64,000 nucleotides of DNA from Bacteroidota bacterium (GTDB taxonomy: Bacteria; Bacteroidota; Bacteroidia; Flavobacteriales_F; PHOS-HE28), in assembly GCA_963169535.1 (NCBI GenBank), contig CAUJED010000023.1, positions 8,030-72,029 of the forward strand. Reading direction: 5' to 3'. Numbering within the stretch: position 1 is the first letter of the stretch; each line of letters opens with the position of its first letter. A program made the position numbers and the translations under genes. The notes beneath the pieces were generated by a model. It was not told the origin of the DNA, did not search any database, and was given only the letters and a program-made list of their open reading frames with translations. Below are positions 55,008-62,858 of this stretch, piece after piece.

Positions 55008-55748
55008 ATGCGCAACGTTGAACAGTGGAAGCCGAGCAAGTTCGTGTACCGGAAAGGTCGTTTGCAGGGCTCTCGGGATCCGAAGGCCGTGGGCATCGCC
55101 TCGCGGGTGATGGTGGACCTGATCGGCAGGTTCTACCAACGCGCGTTGCCGCAGTACGCCCGGGGTAGGTTGATCGACCTGGGTTGTGGCAAGGTGCCGT
55201 TATACGCCACGTACAAGGCCCACGTGTCCAGCATCACGTGCGTGGATTGGGGGAATAGCATGCATCCCAACCCGCACCTGGACCAGGAGCAGGACTTGAA
55301 CAAGCCCATCGCCTTCCCCGATGCTTCGTTCGATACCATCATCCTTTCCGATGTGCTGGAGCATATCCGGAGACCGGAGGATCTGGTGCGCGAGATGTAC
55401 CGGGTGCTGGCTCCAGGTGGGCAGGTGATCATGAACGTGCCGTTCTACTACGGCCTGCACGAGCAGCCCTTCGATTACTACCGGTATACGGAGCACGCCC
55501 TACGGTCCATGACCGAGGATGCCGGTTTCGCCGTGGTGGAACTGGAACCCATCGGCGGTGTGCCGGAGATCATGGCGGACCTGTTCTCCAAATCGGTGCG
55601 GGGCGTACCGGTGGTCGGTCGCCCCATCGCTAAGCTGGCACAGCACTTCACCACCTGGTTCGTGCGTGGTGGCCTGGGGGCCAAGCTCTCCCAGCTCACG
55701 GCGAAGGATCATCCCTTCGGCTACGCGTTGGTGTTGCGGAAGGCGTAG
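55008..55748 (+). CDS. class I SAM-dependent methyltransferase
   Basis: LIDLGCGKVP (motif I), FDTIILSDVLEHI, LAPGGQVIMNVP. Confidence 0.85.
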   Translation: MRNVEQWKPSKFVYRKGRLQGSRDPKAVGIASRVMVDLIGRFYQRALPQYARGRLIDLGCGKVPLYATYKAHVSSITCVDWGNSMHPNPHLDQEQDLNKPIAFPDASFDTIILSDVLEHIRRPEDLVREMYRVLAPGGQVIMNVPFYYGLHEQPFDYYRYTEHALRSMTEDAGFAVVELEPIGGVPEIMADLFSKSVRGVPVVGRPIAKLAQHFTTWFVRGGLGAKLSQLTAKDHPFGYALVLRKA

Positions 55749-55753
55749 TTCGC

Positions 55754-57028
55754 TCAGTGCGCGAACAGCGGGCGCAGGCGCATCAAGCCGTCCACTTGGA
55801 AGCGGATGCGGTCCAGTTCGGCGTCGTTGTCGCGGTGGGTGATGGCCGCATCGATCAGCTGCACCACCTGGGCGCATTCGGCCTCTTTCAGCCCGCGTGT
55901 GGTGATGGCCGGAGACCCGATCCTGATGCCGCTGGTGACGAATGGGCTTTGTGTATCGAACGGCACCATGTTCTTGTTCACGGTGATGTCCACCTTGCCC
56001 AGTGCGGCTTCGGCCTCTTTGCCGGTGATCCCCTTGCTGCGCATGTCGATGAGCAGACAGTGGTTGTCCGTACCATCGCTGATCACCTTGTAGCCCAATT
56101 GGATCAGCCCGTCGGCCAGGACCTTGGCGTTGGCCATCACCTGCCTGCCATAGTCGGCGAAGGTGGGGGTGAGGGCTTCGCCGAAAGCCACGGCCTTGGC
56201 GGCGATCACATGCTCCAGTGGCCCGCCTTGAGTGCCTGGGAACACGGCACCATCGAGCACGGCGCTCATCATTCGCACCTCGCCCTTGGGGGTTTTGAGC
56301 CCGAAGGGGTTGGGGAAGTCGACGCCCATCATGATCAGGCCACCACGCGGGCCGCGCAAGGTCTTGTGCGTGGTGGTGGTCACGATGTGGCAATGGGGGA
56401 GCGGGTCGTTGAGCAGTCGAGCGCCGATCAAACCGGCCGGATGCGAGATATCGGCCAAGAGCAGTGCGCCCACCTCGTCGGCGATGGCGCGGAACCCTGC
56501 GAAGTCCCAATCCCTGCTGTAGGCGCTGGCACCGCAGATGATCAGCTTGGGCCTTTCGGCCACGGCCTTGGCGCGCACATCCTCCAGGTGGATCCGACCG
56601 GTCTCCTGGCGTACACCATAGAACGTGGGGCGGTACAACTTGCCGCTGAAGTTCACCGGACTGCCGTGGGTAAGGTGCCCACCATGGCTCAGGTCGAAGC
56701 CGAGGATCGTGTCGCCGGGCTTCAGGCAGGCGAGCATCACCGCGGCATTGGCCTGTGCGCCACTGTGGGGCTGCACATTGGCCCAGACCGCACCGAAGAG
56801 CTGTTTCACCCGGTCGATGGCGATGTTCTCCACCTGGTCAACCACCTCGCAGCCGCCGTAGTAGCGTTTGCCCGGCAGGCCCTCGGCGTATTTGTTGGTG
56901 AGCACGGAGCCCATGGCCTCCAGGACCTGTTCGCTCACGTAATTTTCGCTGGCGATGAGCTCAAGCCCCTTGGTTTGGCGCCATTTCTCCTGGGCGATCA
57001 GGTCGAAGATCGTGTTGTCGCGTTGCAT
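55754..57028 (-). CDS. glyA: serine hydroxymethyltransferase
   Basis: [38 protein letters not shown]...[14 protein letters not shown]. Start at the internal ATG 57028 (the track ORF is 5'-extended). Confidence 0.97.
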   Translation of the reverse strand: MQRDNTIFDLIAQEKWRQTKGLELIASENYVSEQVLEAMGSVLTNKYAEGLPGKRYYGGCEVVDQVENIAIDRVKQLFGAVWANVQPHSGAQANAAVMLACLKPGDTILGFDLSHGGHLTHGSPVNFSGKLYRPTFYGVRQETGRIHLEDVRAKAVAERPKLIICGASAYSRDWDFAGFRAIADEVGALLLADISHPAGLIGARLLNDPLPHCHIVTTTTHKTLRGPRGGLIMMGVDFPNPFGLKTPKGEVRMMSAVLDGAVFPGTQGGPLEHVIAAKAVAFGEALTPTFADYGRQVMANAKVLADGLIQLGYKVISDGTDNHCLLIDMRSKGITGKEAEAALGKVDITVNKNMVPFDTQSPFVTSGIRIGSPAITTRGLKEAECAQVVQLIDAAITHRDNDAELDRIRFQVDGLMRLRPLFAH

Positions 57029-57060
57029 GGTAGGGCGCCAAAGGTAACGGGCACCGTGCC

Positions 57061-57516
57061 TTACCTCGGACTTTTCCCCAGCATGGAGGCCACCCAGAGG
57101 AACAACAGCATGCCCGGGTATTGCAACAGGTGCAACAGTTTCACGGAGACCAGGGCGAATGCGGGATGCAGTCCGCCGGCCAGCTGCAGCAGCAGGGCCA
57201 GAGCGGCCACCAGCGTGGTACCCACCACGAGTACGCGGAGGTAGCGGTGGTCGCCCCAAAGCACACGCGCCATGGCGATGGTGAGGGCGAGCATGGCGAT
57301 GATGAAGACCAGGGCGGCGGCCCATTTCAGGAGCACGAGCTGCTTCAACGAGAAGTCGGATACCGCAGCGGTGAAGGCACTGTGGGCGAAGGAGTAGGCA
57401 CGGTGGTGCTGGAGGTGGTCGATGGCGTAGTTCAGGTTCACGAAGAAGAACTCCCGGACGGCTCCTAGCAGTACCGCCAGCGCCAACACCATGGCGATGC
57501 CTATGCTGCGCCTCAT
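57061..57516 (-). CDS. exosortase F system-associated membrane protein
   Basis: 151-aa, 4-TM protein directly after xrtF with an ATGA overlap (57513-57516). Composition and position match the XrtF partner family (TIGR04127, from memory). Confidence 0.65.
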   Translation of the reverse strand: MRRSIGIAMVLALAVLLGAVREFFFVNLNYAIDHLQHHRAYSFAHSAFTAAVSDFSLKQLVLLKWAAALVFIIAMLALTIAMARVLWGDHRYLRVLVVGTTLVAALALLLQLAGGLHPAFALVSVKLLHLLQYPGMLLFLWVASMLGKSPR

Positions 57517-58070
57517 GCTTTGGACGGAACGCTCTTCGGCGCGAACCGCTTCACCCAGATGGCCCACAGGAGGAACACCCAGCCGTAGACCACCACATAG
57601 AAGGTATAGTCGTGGTTGAAGTTGAACCAGTCGTAGTCGATGGCCGCCACCACGCAAAGCACGGCCACACGGATGGCGTTGATCAGGTGGATGCTCAGCA
57701 GGCCCAAAGCCCCGAACCAAAGCTTGTGGCGCCAGGGACCGGGATAGGCCACCAGGAAGATGAGGTAGACGGCGAAGAGACTTACACCGTTGCAGGGGTC
57801 GCCGATCCAGAGATGGCTGCCCCCCTGGATGCCGAGGTACCGATTGCTATCGAAGCCGGGGTCGGGAAGCAACTCATGGCCGAAGAGCCGGAGGAGGCCG
57901 CCGGCCAGCCACACCAAGGAGTCGATCACGGCCAGGTCGAGGGTGCCCTTGGGGTGGAGCACCAACTCATACAGCAGGTGCCACGCGGTGTACAGCACGA
58001 TGCCCGTACCAAGGAAACGCACCACGGGGTCGGCCAGCACCGCACGCGGCGTGGCGGACAGGCGTGTCAT
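57513..58070 (-). CDS. xrtF: exosortase family protein XrtF
   Basis: About 185-aa polytopic protein with an exosortase-type catalytic arrangement: IGDPCNG (Cys), INAIRV (Arg), FNHD (His). The small size and Bacteroidota context fit XrtF. The ATG overlaps the stop of the upstream micro-ORF (TGATG). Confidence 0.75.
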   Translation of the reverse strand: MTRLSATPRAVLADPVVRFLGTGIVLYTAWHLLYELVLHPKGTLDLAVIDSLVWLAGGLLRLFGHELLPDPGFDSNRYLGIQGGSHLWIGDPCNGVSLFAVYLIFLVAYPGPWRHKLWFGALGLLSIHLINAIRVAVLCVVAAIDYDWFNFNHDYTFYVVVYGWVFLLWAIWVKRFAPKSVPSKA

Positions 58071-58285
58071 CAAGCGGAGCGCTTGCGGCCGCGACGGAGG
58101 TCAAGGGCCTTTTTGCCGCCCAACAGGGTGCCAGCAGCCACCAGCAGACTAACGCCGCCATCGATCGGGATACAGGGCGGGGGCCAGCACGGGGGCGGGC
58201 CTCCTACACCCTGAGCCATCACCATGCCCGCGAACGGCAGGGCCATTGCGGCGGTGAGCAGGGCGAAGCGAAGCATGTTCTTCAT
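58070..58285 (-). CDS. 71-aa secreted micro-protein with a PEP-CTERM-like 'P-I-D-G-G' C-terminal sorting signal (putative XrtF substrate)
   Basis: MKNMLRFALLTAAMALPFAGMVMAQ (signal) | GVGGPPPCWPPPC | IPIDGG | VSLLVAAGTLLGG (TM) | KKALDLRRGRKRSA (basic tail). A perfect TAnnTTTG box lies 22 nt upstream. Confidence 0.65.
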   Translation of the reverse strand: MKNMLRFALLTAAMALPFAGMVMAQGVGGPPPCWPPPCIPIDGGVSLLVAAGTLLGGKKALDLRRGRKRSA

Positions 58286-58307
58286 GTGCCGTTATACGGA
58301 ATGCGGT

Positions 58308-58315
58308 CAAAGATA
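58308..58315 (-). promoter_or_regulatory. candidate Bacteroidota -7 promoter element TATCTTTG (perfect TAnnTTTG)
   Basis: Reverse complement of CAAAGATA at 58308-58315, 22 nt upstream of the ATG at 58285. Confidence 0.45.
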
Positions 58316-58410
58316 GGCAAACGTACCATTTCGGATCGGAACGGTCCAGCGTCATGGATATCCAAGATACCAACATCGGACAGGGCCGGGCTACTCTACA
58401 AGGTGGGAGC

Positions 58411-58418
58411 TATATTTG
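58411..58418 (+). promoter_or_regulatory. candidate Bacteroidota -7 promoter element TATATTTG (perfect TAnnTTTG)
   Basis: Located 67 nt upstream of the wzc-like ATG at 58485, divergent from the xrtF operon promoter. Confidence 0.4.
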
Positions 58419-58484
58419 CGACCCTTCGGGAAAAGCGCCTTGACGGTGTCACAGGTGCGGAGCGCGAAGCGGTGAATCAGGCGC

Positions 58485-60923
58485 ATGGCAGTACCCAAGC
58501 CCCAGCAACGGGGCAGTATCATCGATGCCAAGGACCTCCGGTACTTCATCCGGATCGTGTCCAAGAACTGGTATTTCGTGGTGATCGCACTGCTGCTTTC
58601 GGCGGTGATGTCCTACCTGTACAGCTACAAGCTGCCGGATATCTACGGGGCCACCACGCAGATCATGCTGAAGGACAACGAGGTGTACGACTACCAGAGC
58701 CAGGTGTACAAGACCTTGGGCTACCAGCAGTCGTACACGGACATCGTCAACCAGAAGCGGGTGCTCACCTCGTACGACCTGGTGGATGCCGCGCTGGCCA
58801 AACTCGACTTCGATGTCTCGTACTTCATCGTGGGTCGGTTCAAGACCACCCAGGTCTATGCCGCGTTACCGTTCACGGTGCACATGGATATCCTGGAGCC
58901 TGGCCTATACGAACGGCCATTCGACCTGCGCTTGCTGGATTCATTACGCTACGAGCTGAGTTTCGACCGCAGCGGCAAGATGGAGAAGCAGGTGTTCCGG
59001 TTCGATGAGGAGGTGCGGGATCCGGGGAACCAGTTCATGCTGCGGATCGACCGATCGCCCTACTTCAGCGGCGCCGCTTTGGAGCGGGCCACGGCCACGG
59101 ATTACCAGTTCATCAAGCACGAACGGAGCAGCTTGGTCAAGAAGTACAAGAGCCGGATCAAGGTGGAGAACCAGGAGTTCACCACCATTCTGGACGTGAC
59201 CGTGGAGGACGAGGTGGGGGTGCGGGCCAAGATGTTCCTGGATACATTGTCCAAGGAGTACATCCGCTATTCGTTGCAGAGCGAGTTCGACATCAACGAG
59301 AACACCATGACCTATATCGACCGGCAGCTGGCCGAGGTCACGGTGATCCTGGAGCAGCACGAGGACGAGCTGCAGTCGTACAAGGAGAGCAAGGATATCC
59401 TCAACCTCGGTCGCCAGGAGGGGTTGTACTTCACGGAGATGGTCGACTTCGACCACCAACGACGTGCGCGGGAGCTGGAGGTGCAGTCGCTGGATGCGCT
59501 GGAGGATTATGTGCTGAACAATAGCGATGGGAAACTGTTGCCTCCCGCGGTCTTCATCGCTGAGGATGCTTTCCTGAAGAAGACCCTGGAGCAACTCTAT
59601 TCCATGCAGATGGACCGGATCGAGGACCTGTTCACCGGGACCACCGAGAACATCGCGGTCCAACGGCTCGATTCCAATATCCAACTGAATAAGCTGAACC
59701 TGCTCACGTACATCAAGAATGCGCGCAATGCGATCAAGGGCAAGATCGGTGACATTCAGACGCAGGTGAACGATTATGAGGCGTTGATCCGCAAGCTGCC
59801 CAAAAGCCAGCGCGACATCCTGAACATCGAGCGGCGCATGCAGGTGAATGAGCGCATGTACCTGTTCCTGCTCGAGAAGCGGGCCAGCACGGTGATCGCC
59901 CGCGCGGGCATCATCCCCAAGACCAAGGTGATCGAGAGCGCCCGTGGCCTGGGGGTGGTGCGCCCCGATAAGATGAAGATCTTCTACACCTTCATGCTGG
60001 GTGGTGGCGTGCTGTCCATGCTGGTGGTCTTCATCCGCGTGATGTTCTATGATCGCATCGAGAACGCCGATCAGCTCAAGGAACACACCACGCTTCCGGT
60101 CTTCGGTGAGATCATCAGCAGCGAGAAGGCCGAAGAGAACTACGTGGTGGTGGACAGCGATCCCAAGTCGGCGATCACCGAATCGTTCCGAACCGTGCGC
60201 ACCAACCTGGAGTACGTGGAGGGCGAGCCGGGCAGGGGTAAGGTGGTGCTGGTGACCAGCTACCGACCCAACGAGGGGAAGACCTTCTGTTCGGTGAACC
60301 TGACCGCCATCCTGGCCAAAGCCGGGAAGAAGGTGTTGCTGCTCGAGTTGGACCTGCACAAGCCGAAGGTTGCCATAGGCCTGGGTATGACCAGCCAGGT
60401 CGGCCTGAGCACGGTGCTGGTGGGTAAGGCCCATTGGCGCGATGCCGTGCTCCCCACGCAGTTCGAGGGACTGAATGTGATCCTTTCTGGTCCCACTCCC
60501 CCCAACGCCTCGGAACTGATCCTGAGCAAGCACCTCGAAGAGTTGTTCCGCGAGGCGGCCATGGTGTACGACTACGTGCTCATCGATACCCCACCGGTGG
60601 GCCTGATCACCGACGCCTTGCTGATGATGCGCCACGCCGATGCCACCTTGTTCGTGGTGAACACCCGCTTCGCCAGTAAGGATCACGTGCTCAACGCCCT
60701 GGAGGTGTTGCAGGCCAATCCCGCCAAGAACACCGGCTTCATCCTCAACGGGGTGCGGATCAAGAAGAGCAAGTACTATTACAACACCAACTACGGCTAC
60801 GGCTACCGTTACGCCTATGGTTACGGGTCGGGTTATGGGTATGGCTACGGTTATGGTCGACGCTCCAAGAAGAAAGGTGAGGAGGCCAAACGCGATACCG
60901 ATGCCAAGACCCCGCGGGCCTGA
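58485..60923 (+). CDS. polysaccharide biosynthesis tyrosine autokinase (Wzc/GumC-type chain-length determinant + BY-kinase)
   Basis: N-terminal Wzz-like domain with two TM segments. C-terminal kinase with Walker A SYRPNEGKTF, A' LLLELDLHKP and Walker B VLIDTPPVG. Tyr-rich tail YYYNTNYGYGYRYAYGYGSGYGYGYGYG. Confidence 0.9.
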   Translation: MAVPKPQQRGSIIDAKDLRYFIRIVSKNWYFVVIALLLSAVMSYLYSYKLPDIYGATTQIMLKDNEVYDYQSQVYKTLGYQQSYTDIVNQKRVLTSYDLVDAALAKLDFDVSYFIVGRFKTTQVYAALPFTVHMDILEPGLYERPFDLRLLDSLRYELSFDRSGKMEKQVFRFDEEVRDPGNQFMLRIDRSPYFSGAALERATATDYQFIKHERSSLVKKYKSRIKVENQEFTTILDVTVEDEVGVRAKMFLDTLSKEYIRYSLQSEFDINENTMTYIDRQLAEVTVILEQHEDELQSYKESKDILNLGRQEGLYFTEMVDFDHQRRARELEVQSLDALEDYVLNNSDGKLLPPAVFIAEDAFLKKTLEQLYSMQMDRIEDLFTGTTENIAVQRLDSNIQLNKLNLLTYIKNARNAIKGKIGDIQTQVNDYEALIRKLPKSQRDILNIERRMQVNERMYLFLLEKRASTVIARAGIIPKTKVIESARGLGVVRPDKMKIFYTFMLGGGVLSMLVVFIRVMFYDRIENADQLKEHTTLPVFGEIISSEKAEENYVVVDSDPKSAITESFRTVRTNLEYVEGEPGRGKVVLVTSYRPNEGKTFCSVNLTAILAKAGKKVLLLELDLHKPKVAIGLGMTSQVGLSTVLVGKAHWRDAVLPTQFEGLNVILSGPTPPNASELILSKHLEELFREAAMVYDYVLIDTPPVGLITDALLMMRHADATLFVVNTRFASKDHVLNALEVLQANPAKNTGFILNGVRIKKSKYYYNTNYGYGYRYAYGYGSGYGYGYGYGRRSKKKGEEAKRDTDAKTPRA

Positions 60924-60956
60924 ACGCCGGTATGTCGTGCACGGGGACCTGCACCC

Positions 60957-61841
60957 TTGCCAGGACCATTCACCATGGGTGCATCACGGTTGAAGTCGAT
61001 CATCAAGGACCTGGTGCCGCCGCTGCTTTGGCGTGCGATGCGGCCAACACCGGTCGCTCGCCCGGACCCGGTGGCTCCTGCGCCAGCCGTGCACGTGTTG
61101 TCCGGTGGGCCCTTGAAAGGGGCGCGGTTGCTGGTGGATACGAGCAGGGAGGCCTTCCGCGAGATGGTGGCCGGAACCTTCGATGGTCCCATCTGGACGG
61201 CGTTGCCAACGCCTCCACAGCACGGTCTGGTGCTCGATATCGGCGCCCATATCGGCTACCATTCCTTGGCGTTCTCCAGCAGGTACCCGGCCGCACAGGT
61301 GGTCGCCTTCGAGCCCAATCCGGCCAACAGGCAACGCTTACAGGCGAACCTCGACCTCAATCCCGCGCTCGCCTCCCGTGTACGGCTCATGGCATGTGCG
61401 TTGGGCGATACCAACGGTTCCTTACGGTTCAATACCTCGGATAATGTGGACGACGAGACGAGCTCCGGAGGTTACCTGGAAAGCGTGGACCCGCCCTTGG
61501 AACAAGCGATCTACGCGCGGTCGGGCTTCCGAACCATGGAGGTGCCGGTGCGGCGGCTGGACGACCTGGCCGAGGAACAACGCTGGGACCGCGTAGCGCT
61601 GATGAAGATCGACGTGGAAGGGGCCGAGCAACTGGTGCTGGAGGGAGCCGGAGCGATCCTGCGTCGCGACCATCCTTTCCTGTGCATCGAGGTGCACTCC
61701 GTGGCCTGCATGTCGGCCGTGGATCGTATCCTCCTCCCCTTGGGATATTCCATCCGTGTGCTCGATGGACATTCCCCCGGCCGGGCCCACATCGTGGCCA
61801 CTGCGGAAGGCGCGTCGAGGCAGGACGGGGCACGTGGTTGA
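60957..61841 (+). CDS. FkbM family methyltransferase
   Basis: VLDIGAHIGYHSLAF...VVAFEPNPANRQRLQANL...MKIDVEGAEQLVLEGA. Confidence 0.8.
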   Translation: MPGPFTMGASRLKSIIKDLVPPLLWRAMRPTPVARPDPVAPAPAVHVLSGGPLKGARLLVDTSREAFREMVAGTFDGPIWTALPTPPQHGLVLDIGAHIGYHSLAFSSRYPAAQVVAFEPNPANRQRLQANLDLNPALASRVRLMACALGDTNGSLRFNTSDNVDDETSSGGYLESVDPPLEQAIYARSGFRTMEVPVRRLDDLAEEQRWDRVALMKIDVEGAEQLVLEGAGAILRRDHPFLCIEVHSVACMSAVDRILLPLGYSIRVLDGHSPGRAHIVATAEGASRQDGARG

Positions 61842-61991
61842 TACGGCCATGGACCGGGGAAAGCCACCATGCGGTGCATTTCACGAAAGGGCAGGGGGCG
61901 TGCACCACGGATTCCTGCGTAGCGTTCCGTGCGGGGGGCTACATTTGCCAGCCCTCGAACGTACCGTGCGACCGGCGGTGCGGTCACGACC

Positions 61992-62858
61992 ATGTCCAGC
62001 TCCAACCAACGAACGCTCCCTGTGGTGGTACACCTGCCCGGGTCCGCCGTGCGCAACCCGGCGCGTTTGGTCCGCGCCCTCTTCGCGGACATGGTGGCCG
62101 CTGGCCCACTGGCCTGGCGTCTGGCCATGCGCGATGTGAAGGCCCAGTACCGCCAGAGTTATCTGGGCTACCTCTGGGCCTTCATCATGCCCGTGTCCAA
62201 CACTTTAGTGTGGATCCTGCTCAACTCCACCGGCGTGGTGCGGGTGGCCGATACGTCCATCCCCTATCCGGTATACGTTTTCACCGGCACCATGATGTGG
62301 CAGATGTTGGTGGAGGCCGTGCAGAGCCCCTTGCAGCAGGTGGGCTTGGCGCGCTCGTTCCTCACCAAGCTCAACTTCCCGCGTGAGGCCCTCATCATGG
62401 CGGGCTTCCTCAAACAGATCTTCAACCTCGGGGTCAAGCTGGTGATCCTGGTGCCGGCCGTCATGCTCCTCGGCGTGATGCCCGATTGGCATGTGCTGCT
62501 GTTCCCGTTGGCGCTACTGGCCATCATCCTGGCCGGTGGTGCCGTGGGCTTGCTGATCTCGCCGATCGGCATGCTGTACACCGATGTGGGCCGCGTGATC
62601 CCCCTGTTGGCCCAGTTCTTCATGTACATCACCCCGGTGGTCTTCGCCATGCCGACCGCAGGGTTCATGGCCAAGTTGTTCACCTGGAATCCCGCAACAC
62701 CGCTCATCCTCACCGGCAGGGCCTGGCTCACGGGGGGCGAAACCCCCATGCTGTCTCCGTTCCTAACGGTGGTAGCCATCTCTACCGCGTTGCTCTTCGT
62801 GGGTCTGTTGCTGTATCGGCTGGCCCTGCCCATCCTCATCGAACGCCTTAGCGCATGA
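61992..62858 (+). CDS. ABC-2 type polysaccharide/O-antigen export permease (Wzm-like)
   Basis: LAMRDVKAQYRQSYLGYLWAFIMP signature and 6 TM helices. Start at ATG 61992 (the track ORF starts at GTG 61929). Confidence 0.85.
   Translation: MSSSNQRTLPVVVHLPGSAVRNPARLVRALFADMVAAGPLAWRLAMRDVKAQYRQSYLGYLWAFIMPVSNTLVWILLNSTGVVRVADTSIPYPVYVFTGTMMWQMLVEAVQSPLQQVGLARSFLTKLNFPREALIMAGFLKQIFNLGVKLVILVPAVMLLGVMPDWHVLLFPLALLAIILAGGAVGLLISPIGMLYTDVGRVIPLLAQFFMYITPVVFAMPTAGFMAKLFTWNPATPLILTGRAWLTGGETPMLSPFLTVVAISTALLFVGLLLYRLALPILIERLSA

Noticed and set aside
55757-57244. 495-aa plus-strand ORF (also 55500..56510 on the minus strand)
   Set aside because: Antisense or out of frame relative to glyA, whose identity is certain.
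58944-60686. 580-aa minus-strand ORF
   Set aside because: Antisense to the Wzc-like kinase, which has Walker motifs; a shadow frame.
60774-60857. Degenerate hexanucleotide repeat, considered as a tandem-repeat or CRISPR-like array
   Set aside because: It is in frame inside the wzc-like gene and encodes the Gly-Tyr tail, with no spacer/repeat organisation.
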